From Waterburya sp. (GTDB lineage: Bacteria; Cyanobacteriota; Cyanobacteriia; Cyanobacteriales; Xenococcaceae): a stretch of 64,000 nucleotides of DNA. The notes under the pieces are model-generated. The model was not told the DNA's origin. It made no database searches and worked only from the letters and a program-made list of their open reading frames with translations. Made by a program: the position numbers and the translations under genes. Position 1 is the first letter of the stretch. Every line of letters starts with the position of its first letter. Of the stretch, positions 20,667-31,446 are shown piece after piece. Location of the stretch: contig CBDCJV010000002.1 of assembly GCA_965217895.1 (NCBI GenBank), positions 3,360,001-3,424,000 of the forward strand. The letters are read 5' to 3'.

Positions 20667-20752
20667 GCCAGTTCGTCTGAAATTGAGGAGCGATAGTCAT
20701 CACTAATGCTTCTCTTTATATAGAAAGATAAACAGGCTAAAGGAATTAAAGA

Positions 20753-20841
20753 TAGCTAATCTACAGGTACAAAATCATAGCCATAAGAAGAACGATTTCC
20801 AGGCTGTACCTTAACTAACTGTACTGCCGAATTGCGATCGC
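20753..20841 (+). repeat. Direct repeat copy 2 (ends in HIP1)
   Basis: Matches 19131-19224. Confidence 0.9.
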
Positions 20842-20920
20842 CTGATGGTAAAAACTTCACTGTACCCGATGCTCCCTCAAAAGAAAATCCTTACTGAGAT
20901 AAAGTTTGCTGTATTCCTTG

Positions 20921-22118
20921 GGGAGCAAGTCAGTTTTGACAGAACAAATGAACTAAAGTGAATAAAAAAGTAGAAGGTAGAATAAAGCCAAAGTTAGCAG
21001 TGACAAAATAAAAATAAATGACTCCTGAAACAGAACAAAAGTTAGCGCAACACATAGAAGCTATTGCTGCTTTACTTTATCAAGAAACTGAAGCAGAACA
21101 AGTAGAGAGTCTAGGTAAAATAGAAGCGACAATTAGAGAACAAACTCTTGAATACATTACCCCTCAATTGGGCATTTTTTTATTCAGCAAACTACAGGAA
21201 CAAAAGCAGGAAGAGTAAGAAACATCAAGAGTATCATTGGAAAACTGCCAATTAGCGAAAAACAAGGTCATAGACTAAAAATAAAATCTCATCAAAGAAT
21301 TAGTCCTTATTTAACGGAATGCTGCCTCAGAGCTAGTGCCAATGTCTCTTATGAGAGTGCATCTCAAGATGTAGCAAGATACACAGGAATGATAGTTTCA
21401 GAGAAAACTCAACAGAGATTGGTTCATCGACATCAATTTAGGGAAGCTAACTGTGAAGCGAAAGTATCAGAGATTAGTGTTGACGGAGGAAAAGTACGTC
21501 TGAGAACGGAACGCAAAGGCCAATCCTGTATCTGGAGAGACTATAAAGCAGTCTGTATTGATTCACAATCAAGAATGGCATGGTTTCAGGAGAATGAAGA
21601 ACTAGTTAAAGGGGTCAATCAACAACCCTTTGATGTGTGTTGAATTGTGTGGCAGATGGTCATCAAGGAATTTGGAATCTAATGAACCAGTTCAATCGCG
21701 AAGGTGAAACTAGACAAATTCTAGACTGGTTTCATCTCGTAGAGAATCTTTATAAAGTCGGCGGTTCAAATAAACGCATCGAGCAAGGAAAAAGTCTTTT
21801 ATGGCAGGGAAAAGTTAATGAAACTTTAGCTTTATTTTCGCCTTTAAAAAAGAAACAAGCACAAAACTTTTGTACTTATTTAGAAAATCATCGCGATCGC
21901 ATTGTCAACTATGATTATTATCAAGCAGAAAATATTTGTGCCATTGCTTCAGGTGGGGTGGAGTCTACCGTTAAGCAGATAGACCGAAGACTAAAAATTT
22001 CAGGCGCGCAATGGAAAATTGAAAATGTACCACAAGTCTTAAAACATCGATGCGCCTATCTCAACAATACTCTTTTTACTCAGTAGTACTTATGTTCTTG
22101 CATAATTGACTTGCTCCC
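20921..22118 (+). mobile_element. ISKra4-like insertion sequence (~1.2 kb)
   Basis: TIRs GGGAGCAAGTCAGTTTTGACAGAACA and TGTTCTTGCATAATTGACTTGCTCCC enclose transposase fragments. Confidence 0.85.
21018..22086 (+). pseudogene. ISKra4-like transposase: T7 slippery site near 21175 plus an extra frameshift near 21635
   Basis: SVDGGKVRLRT, ADGHQGIWN, ILDWFHLVENL and SGGVESTVKQI spread over shifted frames. Confidence 0.82.
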
Positions 22119-22963
22119 TTACTATTGGTCTAAATTTGTGATAGTGCAATTGTCCGTTGCTGCTCCCCAATTTCTCTTTGTAGTAAAAATTGCTCCAATT
22201 CAGCTCGATTTTTAAATGCTTGGACGATACTTTCTGGCAAAGAAAGTTTCCAAATACCAGCTTCTTCGATAGCATCAGCTGCAGCTAAATTAGCATTCTG
22301 TGAGATGCCTAAGGTTTCTGTTAGCTGTCGGCGTGCAATTTCCTGATTAGCCAGAGCAGTGACCAAATTTTGCTTAGATCTATCTAATTCCACTCTGGCT
22401 CTCAATACATCAAATTTAGTACCAACCCCTGCTTCAGTTAGAAGTTGAGCGTCTCTCAAAGTTCGAGTCGCATCTCTTACGGCTGCTGACTGAATTTCAA
22501 CTTGAGCGTCACCGTTCTGTAGAGCATAGTAATCCGTAGAAACTTGAAGGCGAGTATCCTCAACAGTTGTTGACAAATCTAATTCTGTAATATGCAGTTG
22601 CTTTTCGGCAGAGCGAATTGAAGCCCCTCTAAAACCACCGTCATAAATATTATACCTAAGATCCAAGCGGGGATTAAAATCAAACTTTTCGGCACTCATG
22701 CTTTGCAAAACAGCACCTTGCGGACTACTTGGTGCTATACTCGCTTGAGCAGCCTGTTCGGATACAGTATCTAAAAAACCGTTATTTTCATAGCTTAAGA
22801 TACTAGGACTTGTGCCGCTTCTAAAGTCTAAGGTAGGAAATAGTGCAGCTTTTTGTTGTCTTAAGGCGAATTGCGATCGCTTTATCCGAATCCTAGCTTC
22901 GATGATATTTTTGTTGTTCTTAAGTGATAGTTGTATTGCCTGTTTTATAGTAATGGATCGCAT
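22119..22963 (-). pseudogene. TolC-family outer membrane efflux protein fragment
   Basis: ITIKQAIQLSL, IYDGG.R, EAGVGTKFDVLRA, NRAEL; no signal peptide; frameshift near 22132, then cut by the IS end. Confidence 0.8.
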
Positions 22964-23049
22964 TTCTTTGATGCGATTGCCTTGCTCGTGTGAGGACTCT
23001 CCAATCTTCTATCTCAAAACATTTGGCTATTTAATCGAACCTAGTATTA

Positions 23050-23967
23050 ATGGGTAAATATGGTTTCGCTATTGTTTATCATCCTGACTATGTTGCGCCT
23101 CTACCTGATGCCCATCGGTTTCCCATGCCCAAATTTAAAATATTGCGAGATTTATTGCTGAAGGATGAAGTAATTAAGCCTGAACAGATCTATCAGCCAG
23201 AATTACCTGATTTAGAATTAATTCAGCTAGTTCATACTCCTGAATACGTTCAGGCATACTGCAACGGGACATTAGATCATAAGGCACAACGTCGCATTGG
23301 TTTACCTTGGAGTGAGGCTTTGGCTCATCGTACCCGTATTGCTATTGGTGGGACTATCTTAGCTGCGAAATTAGCTTTAGAGTATGGTTGTGCCTGCAAC
23401 ACCGCAGGGGGAACACATCATGCTTTTCCTAGCTATGGATCGGGTTTTTGTATCTTTAACGATCTGGCGATCGCATCTCGCGTATTGCTAGATCGAGGAT
23501 TAGTTGACAAAATTTTAATTGTCGATCTCGATGTCCACCAGGGAGACGGTACGGCCTTTATTTTTCAAGATGACAACAGTGTATTTACTTTTTCGATGCA
23601 CTGCGAGGCAAATTTTCCAGGTAAAAAACAACAAAGCGATTTTGACGTTCCATTGCCTGTAGGTTTAGATGACAATAGCTATTTGCAAATCTTAGCCAAT
23701 CACTTGTCAGACTTACTTACTCAGGTAAACCCAGACTTAGTATTATTTGATGCGGGAGTAGATATCCATGCAAGCGATCGCCTTGGTAAACTATCTCTTA
23801 CCGACTGGGGTATTTATCGACGGGAAAGAATGGTTTTAAGCACCTGTAAAGCGATCGGCTATCCCGTGGCTAGCGTCATCGGTGGTGGCTATGGTAAGGA
23901 TATGTCGGCATTGGTTTATCGTCATTCCCTGTTGTATCGTGCAGCTAAAGAAGTTTATTCAAGATAA
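23050..23967 (+). CDS. Histone deacetylase family protein
   Basis: HRFPMPKF, GGTHHA, GFCIFND, DLDVHQGDG, GGGY. Confidence 0.95.
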   Translation: MGKYGFAIVYHPDYVAPLPDAHRFPMPKFKILRDLLLKDEVIKPEQIYQPELPDLELIQLVHTPEYVQAYCNGTLDHKAQRRIGLPWSEALAHRTRIAIGGTILAAKLALEYGCACNTAGGTHHAFPSYGSGFCIFNDLAIASRVLLDRGLVDKILIVDLDVHQGDGTAFIFQDDNSVFTFSMHCEANFPGKKQQSDFDVPLPVGLDDNSYLQILANHLSDLLTQVNPDLVLFDAGVDIHASDRLGKLSLTDWGIYRRERMVLSTCKAIGYPVASVIGGGYGKDMSALVYRHSLLYRAAKEVYSR

Positions 23968-23976
23968 CAACTCACA

Positions 23977-24453
23977 ATGATCGATGAACAATTGGCAACT
24001 TTTGGTGCAGGCTGTTTTTGGAAAACCGAACATAAATTTTTACGAGTGCCAGGAGTGATCGAAACTTCGGTAGGATACATGGGGGGAGACTTTCCTAATC
24101 CTTCTTATTTGGATGTAGTGGCGAGAATTACGGGTCATGCAGAAGTAGCTCAGATTAAATATGATCCAGAGATAGTCAGCTATGAGGAGTTGCTAAATAT
24201 ATTTTGGCAAATGCACGATCCAACTAGCCTTAATCGTCAGGGTGCAGACAGGGGGGAACAATATCGCTCAGTAATTTTTTATCACAATACTGAGCAAGAG
24301 CAAGTTGCCCACAGATCGAAGCAGCAGCTACAGCAATCAGGTAAATACGACAAAAATATCGTTACCCAGATTAAACCAGCTAAGGATTATTATCTCGCTA
24401 CCGAAGACCATCAGCAATATCTAGCGAAGAAGAATAGAGTAGCTAAAAATTAA
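23977..24453 (+). CDS. msrA: Peptide methionine sulfoxide reductase A
   Basis: GAGCFW, TGHAE, HDPTSLNRQG, GEQYRS, EDHQQY. Confidence 0.93.
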   Translation: MIDEQLATFGAGCFWKTEHKFLRVPGVIETSVGYMGGDFPNPSYLDVVARITGHAEVAQIKYDPEIVSYEELLNIFWQMHDPTSLNRQGADRGEQYRSVIFYHNTEQEQVAHRSKQQLQQSGKYDKNIVTQIKPAKDYYLATEDHQQYLAKKNRVAKN

Positions 24454-24698
24454 TGTAATTGTTTCAGTTTTTAGTTGGCAAAGTTCATCATCATAAAAGA
24501 TGCTTGTGTTCTTTCTATTTGACTAGATAGTACTGCATTTTTAGCAGCGATCGCCACATTTAGCTGTTGTTAAGTTTGCAACTAAGTATTAAAGACTAAT
24601 CAAAAAACTAACTAGATTGGCTCTATGATGAAAAATTAAGTGTAAACACTGATTAGGTCTACCAAAAAAATTGTGTAAGTGTTAAGGAGTAAGATTTT

Positions 24699-25706
24699 AT
24701 GGCTGTATCTACCAGGGTTAATGGAGTACTGAGTCCTGGTGCTTGTTTGGCAAGTGGGGAATATAGAATCAATAAACCTTTGGGACAAGGAGGCTTTGGC
24801 ATTACCTACCGAGGTATTGACACCAGATTAAATCGTGCCGTAGCGGTAAAAGAGTTTTTTCCCGAAGGCTGCTGGCGAGAGGGAGCAACGGTCGTATCCG
24901 CAGGTAAATGGAATTATGATACTTACAGCAATGCTAAACAAAAATTTCTTCTCGAAGGTCAAACTTTAGGACAGTTTAATCATGCGGGAATTGTTCAGGT
25001 TTTTTATTATTTTGAAGAAAACAACACCGCTTACATGGTGATGGAATATCTTCAGGGAAAAACCTTGGCGCAACTGCTCAAACAGCGTCAGGGCAAACTA
25101 CCCCAAGCAGAAGCTTTAAAATATATCGCCAAAATTAGCGCAGCCTTAGAAGTTTTACATCAGGCTCAATTTTTACATCGAGATATCAAGCCTGATAATA
25201 TTATGCTGACAAATGATGGCAGGGTCGTCTTAATTGATTTTGGCGCAGCTAAAGACTTCACCGCCAGCAGCACCGATAAATACTCGACGATGTTGACTCC
25301 TGGATATGCACCCCTAGAACAGTATGGACGTAGGCTTAAGTCTGGGGCATTCACAGATATGTATGCCCTAGGTTCAACTTTATATCATCTATTAACTGGA
25401 AAAGCTCCCGTTTCCGCCATTGAAAGAGCAGCAGGAGTTAAACTAAAAACTGTTAAAGAGATTACCCCCCAGGTTAGTTCTCATGTAAGTGAAGCGATCG
25501 CCAAATCAATGCTCATGGATGTAACCCAAAGATTACAGTCGGTAGGCGAATTTTTGGATTTATTGCGTCTAGACTCTGGTAAACTACCTGTCAAAATTAA
25601 CGCCAACAATTTTTATAGTGCAGTAAAAGATCCTTGGAACGCTTTTAATCATACAGAGGCTGTTTCTTCTGGGTCAGCTTATGCCAAAACCAGTAAATGG
25701 TTTTAG
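24699..25706 (+). CDS. Hanks-type Ser/Thr protein kinase, soluble
   Basis: LGQGGFGITY, VAVKE, HRDIKPDN, IDFG, TPGYAPLEQ; C-terminus SKWF. Confidence 0.95.
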   Translation: MAVSTRVNGVLSPGACLASGEYRINKPLGQGGFGITYRGIDTRLNRAVAVKEFFPEGCWREGATVVSAGKWNYDTYSNAKQKFLLEGQTLGQFNHAGIVQVFYYFEENNTAYMVMEYLQGKTLAQLLKQRQGKLPQAEALKYIAKISAALEVLHQAQFLHRDIKPDNIMLTNDGRVVLIDFGAAKDFTASSTDKYSTMLTPGYAPLEQYGRRLKSGAFTDMYALGSTLYHLLTGKAPVSAIERAAGVKLKTVKEITPQVSSHVSEAIAKSMLMDVTQRLQSVGEFLDLLRLDSGKLPVKINANNFYSAVKDPWNAFNHTEAVSSGSAYAKTSKWF

Positions 25707-26689
25707 AGAACATGAAACTCGAAAATATCAAGATTGCCATGTTAGGCACGACTGGTGCGGGAAAAACCAGCTATATGCTGGGAATGTATGCAGTAATGCA
25801 AACGGGAATCCAAGGATTCACCCTCGCAGCCAAAGATATGGACTTAGATTTAGAATTAACCCAAAGATGGGAAAAATTAATTTCTGTTGAAGGAGAAGAC
25901 CGCTGGCCCACACCCAACGCAGCGACAATAGAATATTATAAGTTTGACTTTAGCTACGGCTATCGTCCTTTGATGGGATTTGAATGGTTAGATTATCGGG
26001 GTTTAGCATTAAGCGATCGCTCTACCGAGCAAGATGTATCAGACTTGGCTCAGTATATAACTGAATCTGACTGTTTATTTCTGTGTATCTCAGGGGAACA
26101 TTTAGTTAATGAAATTACTCCTAGCACCGTGCGGGAATTAAAAAGCGATCGCCTGAATCAGTTTATTCAGCAATATGTGAGCGTCAATAAAAATCCTGAC
26201 CCCCAAAAACCTTTTCCAATCGCGATCGTCATCACTAAATACGATCTTTGCCATCATCGAGAAAGAGATGACATTATTAACGACGTTAAAAAGCTTTTCC
26301 AGGCACTATTTACTCCCAATTCAGGCTGGCTAGTTATGGTTTGCCCTGTAAGTTTGGGACGAGAATTGTGTGACGACCCCGACGGAGGAAAAATTATTCC
26401 TGTCAATGCTCATTTGCCGATTATATTTGCTATTTATGCCCAGCTAAGAGCCAATAATTTAAAATTAAAAGCACAGAGAGAGCATCAAACCGTAGCTATT
26501 AACGCTCTCAAGCAGACAAGCCCACTCGTCCAGCTATTTAAGGCTTCAGAATTAAAAGAACAGACTAGCCAACTGCAAACCTCCGAAACCGAAATTATTG
26601 CTATTGAAGAGAACATGAAGCTTTTGTCTCAAGAATTACAGCAGGCTTCTTTGTACTTTAACGGTAGCGAGGTAACAGCCGATGTCTAA
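25697..26689 (+). CDS. P-loop GTPase (TRAFAC-like) with a C-terminal coiled coil
   Basis: GTTGAGKTS (G1), LDYRG (G3), ITKYD (G4); overlaps or abuts both neighbours. Confidence 0.82.
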   Translation: MVLENMKLENIKIAMLGTTGAGKTSYMLGMYAVMQTGIQGFTLAAKDMDLDLELTQRWEKLISVEGEDRWPTPNAATIEYYKFDFSYGYRPLMGFEWLDYRGLALSDRSTEQDVSDLAQYITESDCLFLCISGEHLVNEITPSTVRELKSDRLNQFIQQYVSVNKNPDPQKPFPIAIVITKYDLCHHRERDDIINDVKKLFQALFTPNSGWLVMVCPVSLGRELCDDPDGGKIIPVNAHLPIIFAIYAQLRANNLKLKAQREHQTVAINALKQTSPLVQLFKASELKEQTSQLQTSETEIIAIEENMKLLSQELQQASLYFNGSEVTADV

Positions 26690-27722
26690 ACAAGATTGGG
26701 CGGCAATTGTTTATGGACGTAGTTTTCATCTAGATTTTCGCTACATTACTGTTCCTCATGATTTTACTGCCAAAGACATCACCTGGGCATCAGCCCATAT
26801 CTTAGCCACAACTCATCAGGCTCATAACCTTGGGAATTATCCTCGTTGGTCATTGTTCAAAAATAATGACCACTGCATAGTTGGTGTTACCTGCATGGTG
26901 CGAGATTTGATTGGACAACTGGACAAAGATTCAATTGAAGTGATGGCAAAAGACGATCAGGGTAGACCCCTGTATATATTTGTTGGTTATGTTACTCAGC
27001 TATGTCAGCAAAAAAGCCTTTTGAATTTTCCTGCCTACACAGAAAAACACCTAGAGGGTTTTAAGTCTCTTTATCAACAAATAGAAAAAGTCTGGTTAGT
27101 TAAAGATTATGACCAGAAAAGTAGACAACCTCTGCTGAGTCAATATCAATCATTAAACTCTTCTGTAGAATTGATTCAGCCTGACAAAAAAATTGATTCT
27201 ATTCCCGAAATAAACAATTTTCTAAAACAGCCTGACAAAACATATTCCTGGTGCAACTCAAATCAGCAAAATAATCAGCTATGGATGGCTGCTGCTAAAT
27301 GTTCAGTCGAGACTTCTTTGTGCTTAAACATTAAAGCAAAGGTTATTTCCAATAGTCCCTTTTTGAATCAGACTATCACTCAACTAGATAGTTTCACCAT
27401 CAGCGATCGCATTTCCACCCAAAAACTCCGTTTAGCTTCGGCGCAACCGAATCATCAAAAGCAGGAATTAAATAAACAGCTTCAGACTCATCAGTCATTG
27501 CCCCAGATAATTTCAACCAGGGCAAAAGAAGATTTTGACCTAACTTTAAAACACGCTGCTAAAGTAACAACTGCCAGCCAAGAATTAATCAATAACTTTA
27601 CCAATCAATTTGACCAACCCTCAGAGATTACTCCCAAAACGGATAAATCTAGTGACATAGAGAATTTTGGCTTTAAAACTAAAATACAGTCACCCACTAC
27701 GGTTAAAAAAGATTGGTTTTGA
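26682..27722 (+). CDS. Hypothetical protein, possibly GTPase-associated
   Basis: 346-aa ORF overlapping the GTPase stop; YGRS..LDFR and DDQGRP motifs; C-terminus KKDWF. Confidence 0.75.
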   Translation: MSKQDWAAIVYGRSFHLDFRYITVPHDFTAKDITWASAHILATTHQAHNLGNYPRWSLFKNNDHCIVGVTCMVRDLIGQLDKDSIEVMAKDDQGRPLYIFVGYVTQLCQQKSLLNFPAYTEKHLEGFKSLYQQIEKVWLVKDYDQKSRQPLLSQYQSLNSSVELIQPDKKIDSIPEINNFLKQPDKTYSWCNSNQQNNQLWMAAAKCSVETSLCLNIKAKVISNSPFLNQTITQLDSFTISDRISTQKLRLASAQPNHQKQELNKQLQTHQSLPQIISTRAKEDFDLTLKHAAKVTTASQELINNFTNQFDQPSEITPKTDKSSDIENFGFKTKIQSPTTVKKDWF

Positions 27723-27745
27723 TGCTTAAATTTATGGTATCTGCT

Positions 27746-27880
27746 GTGACGGGGTGACAAGGTGACGGGAGTGTTTGGGGTGTTTGGAGTAGTGAGGTTT
27801 TTACTCTACCTCCACCATCTTCTCTATCTCCACTACTTTTCTACCTCTCCAAGTCCCCAAGTCCCCAAGTCTTCAAGCCT
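27746..27880. repeat. Short tandem repeats (STRR-like 8-9-mers)
   Basis: GTGACGGG/GTGACAAG x3, GTGTTTGG x2, CCAAGTCC x3 between convergent genes. Confidence 0.7.
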
Positions 27881-27910
27881 TACAGATCGATAAGCGCGTC
27901 ACATTAAATA

Positions 27911-29155
27911 TCAATTGTTATTTGAGGGTGTCAAACTGCCAGTCAGTTGTCTTAAATAGTGAAGAATAATCATGCCAACTATTACAGAGGCAGCACACCC
28001 AAACCAAAAGTAATTAGTCAATTGCGGATGATCTAACGCCCAACCTCCCAAAGGAGGTCCAATAAAGTAGCCGATCGCCCAACATTGAGAACTAATAGAA
28101 AAATAGACCCCCCGCAAAGACTCAGGGGCTAATTCTGCTACCAAGCCCGAAGCAATAGGGGTGTAAGTTACCATGCCCAAAGACATAATTCCTAGAGTTA
28201 AAATTGCCCAATTCAAAGTATTGCTTGATACACTACCCGTTACCCAAACCAAAATAAAGGCCATTCCCCACAGGACTAGAGAAACAGTCAATCCTGTAAT
28301 GCGACTAAAGCGATTGAGTATCCAGGCTGCGGGTAGTTGACAAACAGCAGCAAAGACAATGTGCCAGGTAAATAAACCACTAATAACCTTATCCGAAAAA
28401 CCTGTTCCCGTATCTCCTAGCTGCACAAAGTTTTTGAGGTATAAAGGCATGGTGCTTTGTACCTGAGAAAGATAGATAGTAAATAAGATATTTACCGCCA
28501 CGTATACCATTAAAGCGCGATCGCGCAATGCCAAAGACCAGCCATTCTGTTTTTTTACTTCTGGTTGGGACTGAAATTGAAAAGTTTCGGCGATCGCAAA
28601 GTAAATAACGGCAAAAAAGACAACAAAAGAAATCCCATCAATAGCAAATAAAGCTCGGTAATTACCAGAATTGGCAATCAATGCCCCACCTAATACCACC
28701 CCTAAACTTAAGCCCAAACTGTCAGCTAACCGCGTTATAGCAAAAGCTTCGTTACGCTGTTCGGGAGTTGTCAGATCGATAATTGCTGCTTCGGTGGCGG
28801 GCCAATATATACCAATGCCAAGGCCCATCAGCATATTACCCAAAATCAAGGTGGGAAAATTACTAGTTAAAGCTAAAACCACGTCTGCTATTACAGATAC
28901 GGCAGCAGCAGTCAAAAGAGTTTTTCTCCGTCCCCATTTAGGAGAATCTGCCCATTGTCCCCCCAGAAATCTGCCTGCAACCCCAGAAACCGAGCCACTA
29001 CCTAAAGCAATTCCTACCAAAGTAGCAGAAAGCCCTACCTGATTAACAAAAAAAATCGGCGCGTAAAATAACGTAAAGCCAGTGCCGATTTCTGATAACA
29101 GCCTACCTGCTGCTAAAATCCAAACCTTAAAACTAAAATTTAGTATTCGAGACAT
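27911..29155 (-). CDS. MFS transporter
   Basis: About 12 hydrophobic segments; GGQWADSPKWGRRK motif A; LAPESLRGVY. Confidence 0.93.
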   Translation of the reverse strand: MSRILNFSFKVWILAAGRLLSEIGTGFTLFYAPIFFVNQVGLSATLVGIALGSGSVSGVAGRFLGGQWADSPKWGRRKTLLTAAAVSVIADVVLALTSNFPTLILGNMLMGLGIGIYWPATEAAIIDLTTPEQRNEAFAITRLADSLGLSLGVVLGGALIANSGNYRALFAIDGISFVVFFAVIYFAIAETFQFQSQPEVKKQNGWSLALRDRALMVYVAVNILFTIYLSQVQSTMPLYLKNFVQLGDTGTGFSDKVISGLFTWHIVFAAVCQLPAAWILNRFSRITGLTVSLVLWGMAFILVWVTGSVSSNTLNWAILTLGIMSLGMVTYTPIASGLVAELAPESLRGVYFSISSQCWAIGYFIGPPLGGWALDHPQLTNYFWFGCAASVIVGMIILHYLRQLTGSLTPSNNN

Positions 29156-29265
29156 TCAATTCATCTAATAATTTTTTGCTTTTAAGGCATATTTATTCTA
29201 ATTTTAGGTTTATTTGCCCAAGCAAGTTGTAAAAATCAGGAAATATGGATTATAAATGATGGATT

Positions 29266-30063
29266 ATGACAATAACTCCTGCACAAGAAGCGATCGCCAA
29301 TTTAATCAATCTTGCCGAACGAGGGGAAATCGATCCTTGGGATGTTCCCGTAATTAGTATTATTGACCGTTTCTTAACAGAACTTGGGCTGATGGGCGAA
29401 ACCGACCTCCCACAGCAAGAAGCCGATCTTCCTCGTTCTGGTCAAGCATTTCTCTGGGCATCAATGCTAGTCCTGTTTAAAGCCGACAGTTTGCAATTAT
29501 TAGAAGAAGAACTGGTAGAAATCGAAGAGGAATTTTTAGAAGAAGAATTTTTAGAAGAAGTAGAAAGAAGAACTCTACCCGCAAATTTAGAACAGCATCT
29601 GCGCCGACGTACCTCGATCCAACCAGTAGGAAAACGCCGTGTCACTCTGCAAGAATTAATTGAACAGCTAGAACACATTGCAGCAGAAATAGAGGCAGCA
29701 GCCACCGATGGTTCTCCCCGTCGTTCCCAACGCTCTCGTAGTGCAGCCATCAAAGCGATCGCCCAACTGGCGCATAACGAAAATTTGACCGAGTTAGCCG
29801 CTCAGTTAGAAAGTTTTTTACATATTCATTTAACTCAATTGTCCTCAAACAATGATTGTGTAGATTGGGAACAGCTATTACAAAGATGGCATCTTGCCGA
29901 ATCTACCAAACTCAAAGATGAGGATAATCACGGAGATCTAGACAGGGCGGGAGTATTTTGGGCTTTGTTGCTGCTCTCTGCCCAATCTAAAGTAGAACTG
30001 TTTCAAGAAGAATTTTATCAAGACCTTAGTATTCGTCCCTTAAACTCCTGTATACAAACATGA
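29266..30063 (+). CDS. scpA: Segregation and condensation protein A
   Basis: GEIDPWDV, FLWASMLVLFKA, VTLQELI, VFWALLLLS...LFQEEFY. Confidence 0.92.
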   Translation: MTITPAQEAIANLINLAERGEIDPWDVPVISIIDRFLTELGLMGETDLPQQEADLPRSGQAFLWASMLVLFKADSLQLLEEELVEIEEEFLEEEFLEEVERRTLPANLEQHLRRRTSIQPVGKRRVTLQELIEQLEHIAAEIEAAATDGSPRRSQRSRSAAIKAIAQLAHNENLTELAAQLESFLHIHLTQLSSNNDCVDWEQLLQRWHLAESTKLKDEDNHGDLDRAGVFWALLLLSAQSKVELFQEEFYQDLSIRPLNSCIQT

Positions 30064-30138
30064 GTTTACCGCAGCCATTGTTGATACACTGGAATAGTTG
30101 AAATAGTTACTATTAAGTCTGGTTGAGGAGAAGCTTTA

Positions 30139-31305
30139 ATGAAAGCCATGATTTTGGCGGCTGGTAAAGGCACTCGCGTTCGTCCCATAACATACACAAT
30201 ACCCAAACCCCTAATTCCGATTTTGCAAAAGCCAGTCATGGAGTTTTTACTCGAACTTCTAAGACAGCATGGTTTCGATCAAATTATGGTCAACGTTAGC
30301 CATTTAGCTTACGAGATCGAAGGGTATTTTCGCGATGGTCAACGTTTTGGTGTTGATATTGGCTATTCTTTTGAAGGCAGTATCGTTGATGGTCAACTAG
30401 TCGGGGAAGCAGTTGGCTCCGCTGGCGGTTTGCGAAAAATTCAGGACTTTAATGCTTTTTTTGACGATACCTTTGTAGTCTTGTGTGGTGATGCTTTAAT
30501 CGATCTAGACTTAACCGCAGCAGTAGAGCAACACAAAGCCAAAGGCGCGATCGCAACTGTAGTAACAAAAAAAGTTCCCAAAGAAGAAGTTTCCAGCTAC
30601 GGTGTAGTGGTCACTGACGAACAAGGACGGATTCAATCTTTCCAGGAAAAACCTGCCGTCGAAGAGGCTTTGAGTCGAGATATTAATACAGGCATCTATA
30701 TCTTTGAGCCAGAAATATTTGATTATATTCCCCCTAACCAAGAATACGATATTGGTGGAGAATTATTTCCCAAGCTGGTTGCCAAAGAAGCTCCTTTTTT
30801 TGCGGTTTCGATGGATTTTGAATGGGTTGATATTGGCAAAGTTCCCGACTATTGGCACGCTATTCGCGGAGTGCTAACCAGGCAAATTAAAAACGTTAAT
30901 ATTCCTGGTACAGAAGTTGCTCCTGGGATTTATATAGGGCTAAATGTAGCCGTTAACTGGGATAAAGTAGATATTACTGGTCCTGTTTACATCGGCGGAA
31001 TGACCAAAATTGAAGACGGTGCCAAAATTATCGGTCCAGCTATGATTGGTCCTAACTGCTACATCTGTAGTGGTGCAACGGTAGATAACAGCGTTATTTT
31101 TGAATATTCTCGCTTAGGTGAGGGCATTCGCTTAATAGATAAGCTGGTATTTGGTCGTTACTGCGTTGACAAAACAGGTGCCGCGATCGATTTACAGGCA
31201 GCAGCTTTAGACTGGCTAATTACCGATACTCGCAACAATCCTTCAGAACAAGAACTAGATGAACACAAAGTGATCAAAGATTTTTTGAAAGAAGATAGCG
31301 AGTAG
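30139..31305 (+). CDS. cugP: NDP-sugar pyrophosphorylase (CugP / mannose-1-P guanylyltransferase-like)
   Basis: MKAMILAAGKGTRVRPIT..IPKP, FQEKP, C-terminal hexapeptide repeats; 388 aa. Confidence 0.82.
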   Translation: MKAMILAAGKGTRVRPITYTIPKPLIPILQKPVMEFLLELLRQHGFDQIMVNVSHLAYEIEGYFRDGQRFGVDIGYSFEGSIVDGQLVGEAVGSAGGLRKIQDFNAFFDDTFVVLCGDALIDLDLTAAVEQHKAKGAIATVVTKKVPKEEVSSYGVVVTDEQGRIQSFQEKPAVEEALSRDINTGIYIFEPEIFDYIPPNQEYDIGGELFPKLVAKEAPFFAVSMDFEWVDIGKVPDYWHAIRGVLTRQIKNVNIPGTEVAPGIYIGLNVAVNWDKVDITGPVYIGGMTKIEDGAKIIGPAMIGPNCYICSGATVDNSVIFEYSRLGEGIRLIDKLVFGRYCVDKTGAAIDLQAAALDWLITDTRNNPSEQELDEHKVIKDFLKEDSE

Positions 31306-31446
31306 CAAATCAAATATATTGGCTCAAATGTACAACCGAGGCGTTCTCTGTTTTAGAATGCGCCTTCTGCTGTTAGGATAGTCGAGAATTGGTATAATAT
31401 TCTTTTCAAACTAAGAACATCTTAAGAATATTATGAGGAGTAAGCC

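Noticed and set aside
19131..20880. TGTAC motifs as Tn7/CAST ends
   Set aside because: No tns or cas12k genes, no arrayed TnsB-like sites, and the repeats are direct rather than inverted.
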